Below, piece after piece: positions 8,047 to 16,676 of a stretch of 40,699 bases of DNA (the stretch's first letter is position 1; every line of letters starts with the position of its first letter). Origin of the DNA: a virus (lineage: Duplodnaviria > Heunggongvirae > Uroviricota > Caudoviricetes); IMG/VR virus record IMGVR_UViG_2511231131_000003; one strand, written 5' to 3'. The translations under genes and the position numbers were made by a program. Under the pieces are notes generated by a model, which worked only from the letters and a program-made list of their open reading frames with translations, was not told the origin of the DNA and searched no databases.

Positions 8047-8156
8047 AAGTTTTAATTTATACGCTTGCGTATTGATGGTCAAAACACGTTTTACTATTGA
8101 TTGGATTAATACGCATTGCTATTATCCATTCATTGTAATACCAATAGGAATTGATA
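8047..8156. promoter_or_regulatory. putative OR region with divergent promoters (PRM-like leftward, PR-like rightward)
   Basis: Rightward: -35 TTGATT (8097-8102), 17-bp spacer, -10 TATTAT (8120-8125), RBS AGGA (8146-8149), cro-like ATG at 8157. Leftward (minus strand): TTGACC, 17 bp, TAAATT ending about 7 nt before the repressor ATG, suggesting a leaderless or near-leaderless transcript as at lambda PRM. Inverted repeat ATACGCTTGCGTAT (8059-8072) lies inside the leftward promoter spacer; GCTATTA and CAATAGG half-site variants at 8118-8124 and 8142-8148. Confidence 0.55.
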
Positions 8157-8384
8157 ATGACAAATCAAACCATTCAACTCGCAATCAGTATTACAGGTAG
8201 TCAAAAACGACTGGCAGATCTATGCGGTGTAGCCCAGCCCACTGTTTGGCGTTGGCTACACGGTGGCGGAATTGATGCCCGCTATGTAATGAAAATTGTC
8301 TCAGCCACTGGTGGAAAGATTAAACCAGCAGATATTCGTCCCGACCTTGCACCATTGTTTAACGCGAGTAATTCTGCCGCCTAA
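8157..8384 (+). CDS. Cro-like HTH regulator (YdaS family)
   Basis: 75 aa from ATG at 8157 (the ORF-track start at 8151 is TTG); HTH LADLCGVAQPTVWRWLHGG and C-terminal IRPDLAPLF resemble YdaS-type Cro proteins of Rac-like prophages; divergent from the repressor. Confidence 0.75.
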   Translation: MTNQTIQLAISITGSQKRLADLCGVAQPTVWRWLHGGGIDARYVMKIVSATGGKIKPADIRPDLAPLFNASNSAA

Positions 8385-8408
8385 ACTGCGGCGTTAACTG
8401 ATAAGGCA

Positions 8409-8954
8409 ATGACTATGCAACCACTTACATACCAACAGACTAGCGGATTTAGCCCGACTGCGGTGATAAATCGTTCTCAAACAAAACAGGCGCCAGGCCA
8501 CGAAAAAATCCGTGATGCCGTTCGCGCTTGGTCGGCTGCAGATAATCAGGATGTTGTTGCCGCACTCATTGTGAATGAGTATCGGGAGCAGGGCGGCGGC
8601 ACCATCGATTTCCCTGATGATGTCAGCCGTGCACGCCAGAAGCTGTTCCGTTTCCTCGATAACAAATTCGATTCTGAAAAATACCGAAATAACGTGCGTG
8701 AACTGACCCCGGCAATTCTGGCGGTACTACCGCTGGAATATCGCGGCCACCTGGTTGAGCAGGATAGCTTCATGGCTCGGTTGGCTGAAATGGATAAGGA
8801 ACTCAGTGAGGCAAAGCAGGCGGTCATTCTCAACGCACCACGCCACCAGAAACTGAAGGAAATGAGTGAAGGTATTGTGTCGATGTTTCGTGTGGACCCG
8901 GATCTGGCTGGTCCATTAATGGCGATGGTTACCACCATGCTGGGGGCAATATGA
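8409..8954 (+). CDS. YdaT-family protein (CII-position regulator)
   Basis: 181-aa ORF directly after the cro-like gene; segment LTPAILAVLPLEYRGHL resembles the conserved core of YdaT as I recall it; stop overlaps the O start. Confidence 0.5.
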   Translation: MTMQPLTYQQTSGFSPTAVINRSQTKQAPGHEKIRDAVRAWSAADNQDVVAALIVNEYREQGGGTIDFPDDVSRARQKLFRFLDNKFDSEKYRNNVRELTPAILAVLPLEYRGHLVEQDSFMARLAEMDKELSEAKQAVILNAPRHQKLKEMSEGIVSMFRVDPDLAGPLMAMVTTMLGAI

Positions 8955-9970
8955 CAGGTTCAGAAATGGCGAAAGCCGGTCTGCGGGAACAGAGCCGACT
9001 TTCAGGTGCAAATCGTAACGCACTCATTGCGGAAGGAATTATGGCAAACACTGCTGAGATATTCAATTTTCCAGTGCCGGATGAGGCACAAAAGGAGCGG
9101 CGCGTGGCAGATCTCGATGATGGTTATACGCGCATTGCAAATGAGTTGCTGGAAGCTGTGATGCTGGCCGGATTAACACAGCACCAGCTTCTGGTCTTCC
9201 TGGCTGTCATGCGCAAAACATATGGCTTTAATAAAAAACTGGATTGGGTGAGCAACGAGCAACTTTCCGAATTGACCGGGATATTGCCGCACAAGTGTTC
9301 TTCTGCAAAAAGCGTTCTGGTAAAGCGTGGGATTCTTATTCAGAGCGGGCGGAATATCGGCATTAATAATGTGGTCAGTGAATGGTCAACATTACCCGAA
9401 TCAGGTAAGAAAAATAAAGTTTACCTGAAAGAGGTAAATTTACCTGAATCAGGTAAGAAAAGTTTACCCAAATCAGGTAAAGGCGTTTACCCGAATCAGG
9501 TAAACACAAAAGACAAACTAACAAAAGACAATATAAAACCTTTTTCGTCCGAGAATTCTGGCGAATCCTCTGACCAACCAGAAAACGATCTTCCTGTGGA
9601 GAAACCAGATGCTGCAATTCAGAGCGGCAGCAGGTGGGGGACAGCAGAAGACCTGACCGCCGCAGAGTGGATGTTTGACATGGTGAAGACCATCGCGCCA
9701 TCAGCCAGAAAACCGAATTTTGCAGGGTGGGCTAACGATATCCGCCTGATGCGTGAACGTGACGGACGTAACCACCGCGACATGTGCGTGCTGTTCCGCT
9801 GGGCATGCCAGGACAACTTCTGGTCCGGTAACGTGCTAAGTCCGGCCAAACTCCGCGACAAGTGGACCCAACTCGAAATCAACCGTAACAAGCAACAGGC
9901 TGGCGTGACAGCCGGAAAATCAAAACTGGACCTGACAAACACTGACTGGATTTATGGGGTGGATTTATGA
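8951..9970 (+). CDS. O: replication initiator O (origin-binding; N-terminal domain not lambda-type, C-terminal domain lambda-like)
   Basis: Contains the ori iterons within the coding sequence; C-terminus ...FWSGNVLSPAKLRDKWTQLEINRNKQQAGVTAGKSKLDLTNTDWIYGVDL matches lambda O. The start may instead be the ATG at 9041 (MANTAEIFNF..., homologous to the lambda O N-terminus MTNTAKILNF). Confidence 0.88.
   Translation: MTGSEMAKAGLREQSRLSGANRNALIAEGIMANTAEIFNFPVPDEAQKERRVADLDDGYTRIANELLEAVMLAGLTQHQLLVFLAVMRKTYGFNKKLDWVSNEQLSELTGILPHKCSSAKSVLVKRGILIQSGRNIGINNVVSEWSTLPESGKKNKVYLKEVNLPESGKKSLPKSGKGVYPNQVNTKDKLTKDNIKPFSSENSGESSDQPENDLPVEKPDAAIQSGSRWGTAEDLTAAEWMFDMVKTIAPSARKPNFAGWANDIRLMRERDGRNHRDMCVLFRWACQDNFWSGNVLSPAKLRDKWTQLEINRNKQQAGVTAGKSKLDLTNTDWIYGVDL
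9392..9503. repeat. replication origin iterons (ori) inside O, followed by an A/T-rich segment (9504-9540)
   Basis: Five copies of a 17-18 bp unit TTACC(C/T)GAA(T/A)(C/G)AGGTAA with internal dyad symmetry (9392-9408, 9421-9437, 9439-9456, 9463-9480, 9486-9503), then ACACAAAAGACAAACTAACAAAAGACAATATAAAACC. Architecture parallels lambda ori. Confidence 0.8.
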
Positions 9971-10668
9971 AAAACATCGCCGCACAGATGGTTAACTTTG
10001 ACCGTGAGCAGATGCGCCGGATCGCCAATAACATGCCGGAACAGTACGACGAAAAGCCGCAGGTACAGTTGGTAGCGCAGATCATCAACGGTGTGTTCAG
10101 CCAGTTACTGGCAACTTTCCCGGCGAGCCTGGCTAACCGGGACCAGAACGAACTGAACGAAATCCGCCGCCAGTGGGTTCTGGCTTTCCGGGAAAACGGG
10201 ATCACCACAATGGAACAGGTTAACGCAGGAATGCGCGTAGCCCGTCGGCAGAATCGACCATTTCTGCCATCACCCGGGCAGTTTGTTGCATGGTGCCGGG
10301 AAGAAGCATCCGTTATCGCCGGACTGCCAAGCGTCAGCGAGCTGGTTGATATGGTTTACGAGTATTGCCGGAAGCGAGGCCTGTATCCGGATGCAGAGTC
10401 TTATCCGTGGAAATCGAACGCGCACTACTGGCTGGTTACCAACCTGTACCAGAACATGCGGGCCAATGCGCTGACTGACGCGGAATTACGACGCAAGGCT
10501 GCCGATGAACTGACCTGTATGGCAGCGCGAATTAACCGTGGTGAGACGATACCTGAACCAGTAAAACAACTTCCTGTCATGGGCGGCAGACCTCTAAATC
10601 GTGTTCAGGCGCTGGCGAAGATCGCAGAAATTAAAGCTAAGTTCGGACTGAAAGGAGCAAGTGTATGA
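9967..10668 (+). CDS. P: replication protein P (DnaB helicase loader)
   Basis: 233-aa product matches lambda P essentially end to end (MKNIAAQMVNFDREQMRRIANNMPEQYDEKPQVQ...). Confidence 0.95.
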   Translation: MKNIAAQMVNFDREQMRRIANNMPEQYDEKPQVQLVAQIINGVFSQLLATFPASLANRDQNELNEIRRQWVLAFRENGITTMEQVNAGMRVARRQNRPFLPSPGQFVAWCREEASVIAGLPSVSELVDMVYEYCRKRGLYPDAESYPWKSNAHYWLVTNLYQNMRANALTDAELRRKAADELTCMAARINRGETIPEPVKQLPVMGGRPLNRVQALAKIAEIKAKFGLKGASV

Positions 10669-10949
10669 CGGGCGAAGAGGCAATTATTCATTACCTGGGG
10701 ACGCATAATAGCTTCTGTGCGCCGGACGTTGCCGCGCTAACAGGCGCAACAGTAACCAGCATAAATCAGGCCGCGGCTAAAATGGCACGGGCAGGTCTTC
10801 TGGTTATCGAAGGTAAGGTCTGGCGAACGGTGTATTACCGGTTTGCTACCAAGGAAGAACGGGAAGGAAAGGTGAGCACGAATATGATTTTTAAGGAGTG
10901 TCGCCAGAGTGCCGCGATGAAACGGGTATTGTTGGTATACACAACTTAG
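10665..10949 (+). CDS. ren: Ren (Rex exclusion protein homologue)
   Basis: 94-aa product matches lambda Ren (MTGKEAIIHYLGTHNSFCAPDVAALTGATVTSINQAAAKMARAG...). Confidence 0.9.
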   Translation: MTGEEAIIHYLGTHNSFCAPDVAALTGATVTSINQAAAKMARAGLLVIEGKVWRTVYYRFATKEEREGKVSTNMIFKECRQSAAMKRVLLVYTT

Positions 10950-11125
10950 CATCGAAGGCCTATTGTTTTCGACAGGAGGCCATCGAAATGACACTATGGT
11001 ACCGTCTTTACCCACCGCCTTCTGCTAAGTTTAGGAATACAAGATGTTGCTGCCGTTAAAAAATAGTCGTAATTTCTATTAGAATTTGGGCAATATAACC
11101 AGCACATAGATAAGGGAGTCGTTTT

Positions 11126-11374
11126 ATGCACGAACTATTTGTGCTGGTTTTGAGCACCTGTGCTAGCCTCAGCAATATGTCAGGTTGTTCAGTGGACGTA
11201 GTGAATGTCAACACCACAAAAGAGCCGGTAAACGTCTTTTATAGCAGGAAAGACTGCGAAGAAAGCATGAAAAACATTATGCTAAATCATGCTCTATACC
11301 ATGAAGTATCAGGCAGAGAGCCATATATGGCAAAGTGCGAACAAGTATTTGTCTCAAAAAGTTTAATGAAATAA
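11126..11374 (+). CDS. hypothetical small protein with hydrophobic N-terminus and 4-5 Cys (possible secreted/periplasmic protein)
   Basis: 82-aa ORF in an AT-rich insertion; ATG preceded by AAGGGAG RBS; N-terminal MHELFVLVLSTCASLS is signal-peptide-like (a weak lipobox at best). Confidence 0.45.
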   Translation: MHELFVLVLSTCASLSNMSGCSVDVVNVNTTKEPVNVFYSRKDCEESMKNIMLNHALYHEVSGREPYMAKCEQVFVSKSLMK

Positions 11375-11417
11375 TTGGCCAAAAACGACATATAACAAAC
11401 TCTTATAGGAGCTTAAC

Positions 11418-11699
11418 GTGGAAGATTACTTAGTTTTTGGTTTAGGTTATGAAGGCGATATAAAGAACGATGAAGCAGGGCTTGATAAGATAAGCGTGGT
11501 AACGAAATCGGTAGTGCGTTCTACCAATTCCAATGAACCAGTGGTTTACCAAGTGACTGAGTTTAAAGAATTTAATGTTGTGAGACATCAAGCGTTTGAT
11601 AGTGAATACTACAACATAGCATTCGATGTCTTACCATCCCGCGTCCGTATTGATGCTGCAATCCGTAAATATCACCCCAAGAAATCCTCCTCAGCTTAG
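11418..11699 (+). CDS. hypothetical protein
   Basis: 93-aa ORF, GTG start at 11418 with AGGAG RBS 8 nt upstream; AT-rich; no motif recognised. Confidence 0.4.
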   Translation: MEDYLVFGLGYEGDIKNDEAGLDKISVVTKSVVRSTNSNEPVVYQVTEFKEFNVVRHQAFDSEYYNIAFDVLPSRVRIDAAIRKYHPKKSSSA

Positions 11700-11887
11700 T
11701 AAGCTTTGATTTTCCATTATCAACCAGCAATAATAATGTCCTCGGAGCCTGAACAACTCCGGTGACTTCTGCGCTAAACGGGGACGTTTATGCGCACATA
11801 CAATCCAAACTCTCTTCTCCCTTCACTGATGCAGAAATGCACCTGTGGTTCTTTGCATCCAACGTTTGACCTCTGCGGAGGTGAAGC

Positions 11888-12343
11888 GTGAACCTCCCAC
11901 AAGACGGTATCAAATTGCATCGCGGTAACTTCACTGCTATCGGCCAGCAGATCCAGCCTTATCTGGAGAACGGAAAATGCTTTCGCATGGTGCTTAAACC
12001 GTGGCGTGAGAAACGCAGTCTTTCCCAGAATGCACTCAGCCACATGTGGTACAGCGAAATCAGTGAATACCTCATCAGCAGGGGGAAATCGTTCGCTACT
12101 TCAGCATGGGTAAAAGATGCTCTCAAACACACATACCTCGGTTATGAAACCAAGGACCTGGTTGATGTCGTAACCGGCGAAATCACTACTATCCAGTCGT
12201 TACGCCATACCTCCGATCTTGGTACCGGAGAGATGTATGTCTTCCTGTGTAAGGTTGAAGCCTGGGCGATGAATATTGGCTGCCACCTGACTATTCCACA
12301 GAGCTGCGAGTTCCAGCTGCTGCGCGACAAGCAGGAGGCGTAA
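11888..12343 (+). CDS. ybcN: YbcN-like protein (DLP12 ybcN homologue; NinB-type RSLSQN motif)
   Basis: 151 aa, GTG start with GGAGG RBS; near-identical to E. coli DLP12 YbcN as I recall it ([19 protein letters not shown]...[19 protein letters not shown]...). Confidence 0.8.
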   Translation: MNLPQDGIKLHRGNFTAIGQQIQPYLENGKCFRMVLKPWREKRSLSQNALSHMWYSEISEYLISRGKSFATSAWVKDALKHTYLGYETKDLVDVVTGEITTIQSLRHTSDLGTGEMYVFLCKVEAWAMNIGCHLTIPQSCEFQLLRDKQEA

Positions 12344-12513
12344 TGGCTACACCGCTTATTCGTGTCATGAACGGACACATCTACAAAGTACCAAATCGTC
12401 GTAAGCGTAAACCTGAGCTGAAGCCATCCGAAATACCAACACTGCTCGGATATACCGCCAGCCTGGTTGATAAAAAATGGTTGCGACTGGCAGCAAGGAG
12501 GAATCATGGCTGA
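12343..12513 (+). CDS. ninE: NinE-like small protein (56 aa)
   Basis: Hand-translated [57 protein letters not shown]-terminal YTASLVDKKWLRLAARR resembles lambda NinE YTAHLWDIRWLRRRARK; ATG overlaps the ybcN stop (TAATG). Confidence 0.6.
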   Translation: MATPLIRVMNGHIYKVPNRRKRKPELKPSEIPTLLGYTASLVDKKWLRLAARRNHG

Positions 12514-12796
12514 TTTGAGAAAAGCAGCGCGTAGTCGGGAATGCCAAGTAAGAATCCCTGGCGTATGTAATGGCAACCCTGAAACGTCTGTACTGGCACA
12601 TATCCGGCTGACTGGATTGTGCGGCACCGGTACCAAACCGCCAGACTTGATTGCCACCATTGCATGTTCTGCCTGCCACGACGAAATCGACCGCCGCACA
12701 CATTTTGTCGATGCTGCATATGCAAAAGAATGCGCGCTGGAAGGTATGGCGAGAACACAGGTTATCTGGCTGAAAGAGGGGGTTATTAAGGCGTGA
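12506..12796 (+). CDS. ybcO: YbcO-like Cys-rich protein (DUF1364, putative nuclease)
   Basis: 96 aa from ATG at 12506 with AGGAGG RBS (the ORF-track start at 12467 is TTG); [32 protein letters not shown]...CSACHDEID matches DLP12 YbcO as I recall it. Confidence 0.75.
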
Positions 12797-13155
12797 ATAC
12801 CTACAGCATCACATTACCTTGGCCTCCGAGCAATAATCGCTACTACCGGCATAATCGCGGGCGCACGCACATCAGCGCAGAAGGGCAGGCATACCGTGAT
12901 AACGTCGCCCGAATCATCAAAGGCTCCATGCTGGATATCGGCCTGGCTATGCCAGTGAAAATCCGTATTGAGTGCCACATGCCGGATCGCCGTCGCCGTG
13001 ACCTGGATAATCTGCAAAAAGCCGCTTTTGACGCACTCACCAAAGCAGGTTTCTGGCTGGATGATGCACAGGTCGTTGATTACCGTGTTGTGAAGATGCC
13101 CGTTACCAAAGGTGGGAAGCTGGAGCTGACCATCACCGAACTGGGGAATGAATGA
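12793..13155 (+). CDS. rusA: RusA Holliday-junction resolvase
   Basis: 120-aa product matches DLP12 RusA ([26 protein letters not shown]...[25 protein letters not shown]). Confidence 0.95.
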
Positions 13156-13292
13156 TGTTTGAGTCTTATATGGCAGAACGTCTTCGCCACCGCTGGATGC
13201 GCCTGCGCTTATATCGTTTTCCTGGTTCTGTTTTGACCGATTACCGGATACTGAAGAATTACGCCAAAACACTGAAAGGAGCTGCCGCATGA
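13152..13292 (+). CDS. ylcG: YlcG-like small protein (46 aa)
   Basis: Hand-translated [46 protein letters not shown]; overlaps the rusA stop and the next gene start, as the ylcG position in DLP12. Confidence 0.5.
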
Positions 13293-13978
13293 ATACCCAA
13301 TATTTACAGTATGTCCGCGAGCAACTCATTGTGGCTACCGCTGATTTGAGCGGAGCAACGAAAGGACAGCTTGAAGCCTGGCTGGAGCATGCACAATTTG
13401 ATACTGGTACATACAAACGAAAGAAGCCGCGCATTCTGGATGAGGTAACTGGCAGGATGATTACGCTGGATAATCCGCCGATTTCCGGTAAGCAGTCGTA
13501 CGCAAAAGGTTCATCCATTGCACTGGTCAGCCAGGTTGAGTTCTCAACCTCGTCATGGCGCCGCGCGGTTCTGTCTCTCGAAGAACATCAGAAAGCGTGG
13601 TTGCTGTGGAGTTACAGCGAAAGTGTTCGCTGGGAACATCAGGTCACCATAACGCAGTGGGCATGGAGCGAGTTTAAGACTCTGTTGGGTACCAGGAAAA
13701 TTGCAGGTAAGACACTGGAACGTTTGAAGAAGTTGATCTGGCTGGCGGCACAGGATGTGAAGAACGAGCTGGCAGGGGGTAAGACCTATGAATACCAGGA
13801 GCTGGCATCACTGGTGGGAGTGACATCAAAAAACTGGTCTGAGACATTTACTGAACGCTGGGTTGCAATGAAACACATTTTTCTACAGCTTGATAGCCAA
13901 GCTTTATTGCTTTTAACGAAAACACGTTCAAAACAAAAGACCACATTTTCACAGCAAGATATTGCAAAACTGGATTAA
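13289..13978 (+). CDS. putative late-gene antiterminator (Q-position protein), not lambda Q
   Basis: 229-aa ORF, the last gene before tandem terminator hairpins and the lysis cassette; assignment is positional only, no Q motif recognised. Confidence 0.45.
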   Translation: MNTQYLQYVREQLIVATADLSGATKGQLEAWLEHAQFDTGTYKRKKPRILDEVTGRMITLDNPPISGKQSYAKGSSIALVSQVEFSTSSWRRAVLSLEEHQKAWLLWSYSESVRWEHQVTITQWAWSEFKTLLGTRKIAGKTLERLKKLIWLAAQDVKNELAGGKTYEYQELASLVGVTSKNWSETFTERWVAMKHIFLQLDSQALLLLTKTRSKQKTTFSQQDIAKLD

Positions 13979-14045
13979 AAATCATATATTTTATGTAAAT
14001 CTGATATTTTGCCAATGTTGTACGCACTGGCAGTAATCCAAATTC

Positions 14046-14080
14046 AAGCCCGAGGTTTAAAGCCTTGGGCTTTTCTGTTT
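14046..14080 (+). terminator. rho-independent terminator (candidate tR'-like element downstream of the Q-position gene)
   Basis: AAGCCCGAGG-TTTAAAG-CCTTGGGCTT stem-loop (one G.U pair) followed by TTCTGTTT. Confidence 0.5.
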
Positions 14081-14159
14081 CTGAACGGTGAGTAGCCTTC
14101 CAACCTACCCCAGCCAGGGGGTCTTCAGCTGTTGAGTTGATATTGCTTAGCCCTCTGTT

Positions 14160-14185
14160 GCCAGCTACATGCTGGCTTTTTTATT
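14160..14185 (+). terminator. rho-independent terminator
   Basis: GCCAGC-TACAT-GCTGGC hairpin followed by TTTTTTATT; second terminator between the Q-position gene and the holin. Confidence 0.6.
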
Positions 14186-14299
14186 CTAGGCTTGTGGGGA
14201 GCATCAACTCCGTGCTTTGTCGTTAAATTACCCCGTGAGCCTGATTTCTGACATTTAACGTCCCGGCCTTTTGTCGGCGGCGAAACATTGGCTATTCAT

Positions 14300-14605
14300 A
14301 TGCACGAAAAAGAGAGCCTTGCCGGAGCGTTCTGGCTCGTTTTGCTGATCATCGCAGGTTGGGGCGGTCTGGTCCGCTACCTGATAGATGTGAAGCAGAG
14401 TAAAGCAACGTGGAGTTGGATAAATGCTCTGGCTCAAATAGTGGTATCAGGATTCACCGGTGTTATTGGTGGCCTGATCAGCATCGAAAGTGGATTCAGT
14501 ATTTACATGATTCTCGCGACAGCGGGGATTAGTGGTGCGATGGGTTCGGTTGCACTGACGTACTTCTGGGAACGACTGACAGGGGTGAAAAATGCAAAAT
14601 CTTAA
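14300..14605 (+). CDS. putative holin (not lambda S)
   Basis: About 101 aa from ATG at 14300 (alternative TTG at 14288); several hydrophobic helices (FWLVLLIIAGWGGLV, IVVSGFTGVIGGLISI, IYMILATAGISGAMGSV); stop overlaps the endolysin start; first gene of the lysis cassette. Confidence 0.65.
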   Translation: MHEKESLAGAFWLVLLIIAGWGGLVRYLIDVKQSKATWSWINALAQIVVSGFTGVIGGLISIESGFSIYMILATAGISGAMGSVALTYFWERLTGVKNAKS

Positions 14606-15068
14606 TCCTCAGCGTAAAGCCTTCCTCGATATGTTGGCGTGGTCAGAAGGAACGGATAACGGGCGACAACCGACACGTAACCACGGTTATGATGTTATTG
14701 TTGGCGGCGAACTGTTTACTGATTACTCCGATCACCCTCGCAAACTTGTCACGCTACACCCCAAACTCAAATCAACAGCCGCCGGACGTTATCAGCTTCT
14801 TTCACGCTGGTGGGATGCTTACCGTAAACAGCTTGGTTTGAAAGACTTCTCCCCCAAAAGCCAGGACGCAGTGGCATTGCAGCAGATTAAAGAGCGTGGT
14901 GCTTTACCTATGATTGATCGCGGTGATATCCGTCAGGCAATCGACCGTTGCAGTAATATCTGGGCTTCACTGCCGGGCGCTGGTTATGGTCAGTTCGAGC
15001 ATAAGGCTGACAGCCTGATTGCAAAATTCAAAGAAGCTGGCGGAACGGTCAGAGAGAGTGAGGTATGA
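14592..15068 (+). CDS. R: endolysin R (lytic transglycosylase)
   Basis: 158-aa product matches lambda R apart from the first residues ([46 protein letters not shown]...). Confidence 0.95.
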   Translation: MQNLNPQRKAFLDMLAWSEGTDNGRQPTRNHGYDVIVGGELFTDYSDHPRKLVTLHPKLKSTAAGRYQLLSRWWDAYRKQLGLKDFSPKSQDAVALQQIKERGALPMIDRGDIRQAIDRCSNIWASLPGAGYGQFEHKADSLIAKFKEAGGTVRESEV

Positions 15069-15526
15069 GCAGAATAACCGCGATTATCTCCGCTCTGCTC
15101 ATCTGCATCATCGTCTGCCTGTCATGGGCTGTTAATCATTACCGTGATAACGCCATTACCTACAAAGCCCAGCGCGACAAAAATGCCAGAGAACTGAAGC
15201 TGGCGAACGTGGCAATTACTGACATGCAGATGCGTCAGCGTGATGTTGCTGCGCTCGATGCAAAATACACGAAGGAGTTAGCTGATGCGAAAGCTGAAAA
15301 TGATGCTCTGCGTGATGATGTTGCCGCTGGTCGTCGTCGGTTGCACATCAAAGCAGTCTGTCAGTCAGTGCGTGAAGCCACCACCGCCTCCGGCGTGGAT
15401 AATGCAGCCTCCCCCCGACTGGCAGACACCGCTGAACGGGATTATTTCACCCTTAGAGAGAGGCTGATCACTATGCAAAAACAACTGGAAGGAACCCAGA
15501 AGTATATTAATGAGCAGTGCAGATAG
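15065..15526 (+). CDS. Rz: i-spanin Rz
   Basis: 153-aa product with N-terminal TM helix and coiled-coil; matches lambda Rz; Rz1 is embedded in the +1 frame. Confidence 0.9.
   Translation: MSRITAIISALLICIIVCLSWAVNHYRDNAITYKAQRDKNARELKLANVAITDMQMRQRDVAALDAKYTKELADAKAENDALRDDVAAGRRRLHIKAVCQSVREATTASGVDNAASPRLADTAERDYFTLRERLITMQKQLEGTQKYINEQCR
15285..15467 (+). CDS. Rz1: o-spanin Rz1 (outer-membrane lipoprotein embedded in Rz)
   Basis: 60-aa ORF wholly inside Rz; lipobox LPLVVVGC; proline-rich ([15 protein letters not shown]); GAAGGAG RBS upstream. Confidence 0.85.
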   Translation: MRKLKMMLCVMMLPLVVVGCTSKQSVSQCVKPPPPPAWIMQPPPDWQTPLNGIISPLERG

Positions 15527-15557
15527 AGCTGCCCATATCGATGGGCAGCTCATGCAA

Positions 15558-15851
15558 TTATTGTGAGCAATACACACGCGCTTCCAGCGGAGTATAAATG
15601 CCTAAAGTAATAAAACCGAGCAATCCATTTACGAATGTTTGCTGGGTTTCTGTTTTAACAACATTTTCTGCGCCGCCACAAATTTTAGCTGCATCGACAG
15701 TTTTCTTCTGCCCAATTCCAGAGACGAAGAAATGGTGGGTGATGGTTTCCTTTGGTGTTACTGCTGCCGGTTTGTTTTGAACAGTAAACGTCTGTTGGGC
15801 ACATCCTGTAATAAGCAGGGCCAGCGCAGTAGCGAGTAGCATTTTTTTCAT
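15558..15851 (-). CDS. bor: Bor lipoprotein (serum-resistance lysogenic-conversion protein)
   Basis: 97-aa product matches lambda Bor (MKKMLLATALALLITGCAQQTFTVQNKPAAV...); lipobox LITGC. Confidence 0.95.
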   Translation of the reverse strand: MKKMLLATALALLITGCAQQTFTVQNKPAAVTPKETITHHFFVSGIGQKKTVDAAKICGGAENVVKTETQQTFVNGLLGFITLGIYTPLEARVYCSQ

Positions 15852-16142
15852 GGTGTTATTCCCGATGCTTTTTAAAGTTCGCAGAATCGTATGTGTAGAA
15901 AATTAAACAAACCCTAAACAATGAGTTGAAATCTCATATTGTTAATATTTATTAATGTATGTCAGATGCGAAGGATCGTCACTGTATTCCCGGATTAACT
16001 ATGTCCGCAGCCCTGACAGGGAAACTCCTCTGCGGGAGTGTCCGGGAATAATTAATAACGATGCACACAGGGTTTAGCGCGTACACGTATTGCATTATGC
16101 CAACGCCCCGGTGCTGACACGGAAGAAACCGGACGTTATGAT

Positions 16143-16676
16143 TTAGCGTGGAAAGATTTGTGTAGTGTACTGAATGCTCTCAGTAAATAGTAATGAATTA
16201 TCAAAGGCATAGTAATATCTTTTATGTTCGTGGATATTTGTAACCCATCGGAAAACTCCTGCTTTAGCAAGATTTTCCCTGTATTGCTGAAATGTGATTT
16301 CTCTTGATTTCAACCTATCATAGGACGTTTCTATAAGATGCGTATTTCTTGAGAATTTAACATTTACAACCTTTTTAAGTCCTTTTATTAACACAGTGTT
16401 ATCGTTTTCTAACACAATGTGAATATTATCTGTGGCTAGATAGTAAATATAATGTGAGACATTGTGACGTTTTAGTTCAGAATAAAACAATTCACAGTTT
16501 AAATCTTTTCGCACTTGATCGAATATTTCTTTAAAAATGGCAACCTGAGCCATTGGTAAAACCTTCCATGTGATACGAGGGCGCGTAGTTTGCATTATCG
16601 TTTTTATCGTTTCAATCTGGTCTGACCTCTTTGTGTTTTGTTGATGATTTATGTCAAATATTAGGAATGTTTTCAA
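16143..16676 (-). CDS. YbcV-like / lambda p78-position protein (DUF1398-like)
   Basis: AT-rich 177-codon ORF whose length and position match the unnamed lambda gene after bor; the ORF-track start is TTG, first ATG at 16595. Confidence 0.6.
   Translation of the reverse strand: MKTFLIFDINHQQNTKRSDQIETIKTIMQTTRPRITWKVLPMAQVAIFKEIFDQVRKDLNCELFYSELKRHNVSHYIYYLATDNIHIVLENDNTVLIKGLKKVVNVKFSRNTHLIETSYDRLKSREITFQQYRENLAKAGVFRWVTNIHEHKRYYYAFDNSLLFTESIQYTTQIFPR

Noticed and set aside
12142-13518. Minus-strand ORFs across the nin region (12142-12699, 12365-12703, 12814-13518)
   Set aside because: Antisense to the ybcN/ninE/ybcO/rusA genes, which are supported by homology and by overlapping start-stop junctions.
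13979-14287. Possible tRNA genes between the Q-position gene and the holin, as found in some Stx-type lambdoid phages
   Set aside because: No cloverleaf-compatible sequence or T-loop GGTTCGAAT-like motif seen; the structured elements here are simple terminator hairpins.
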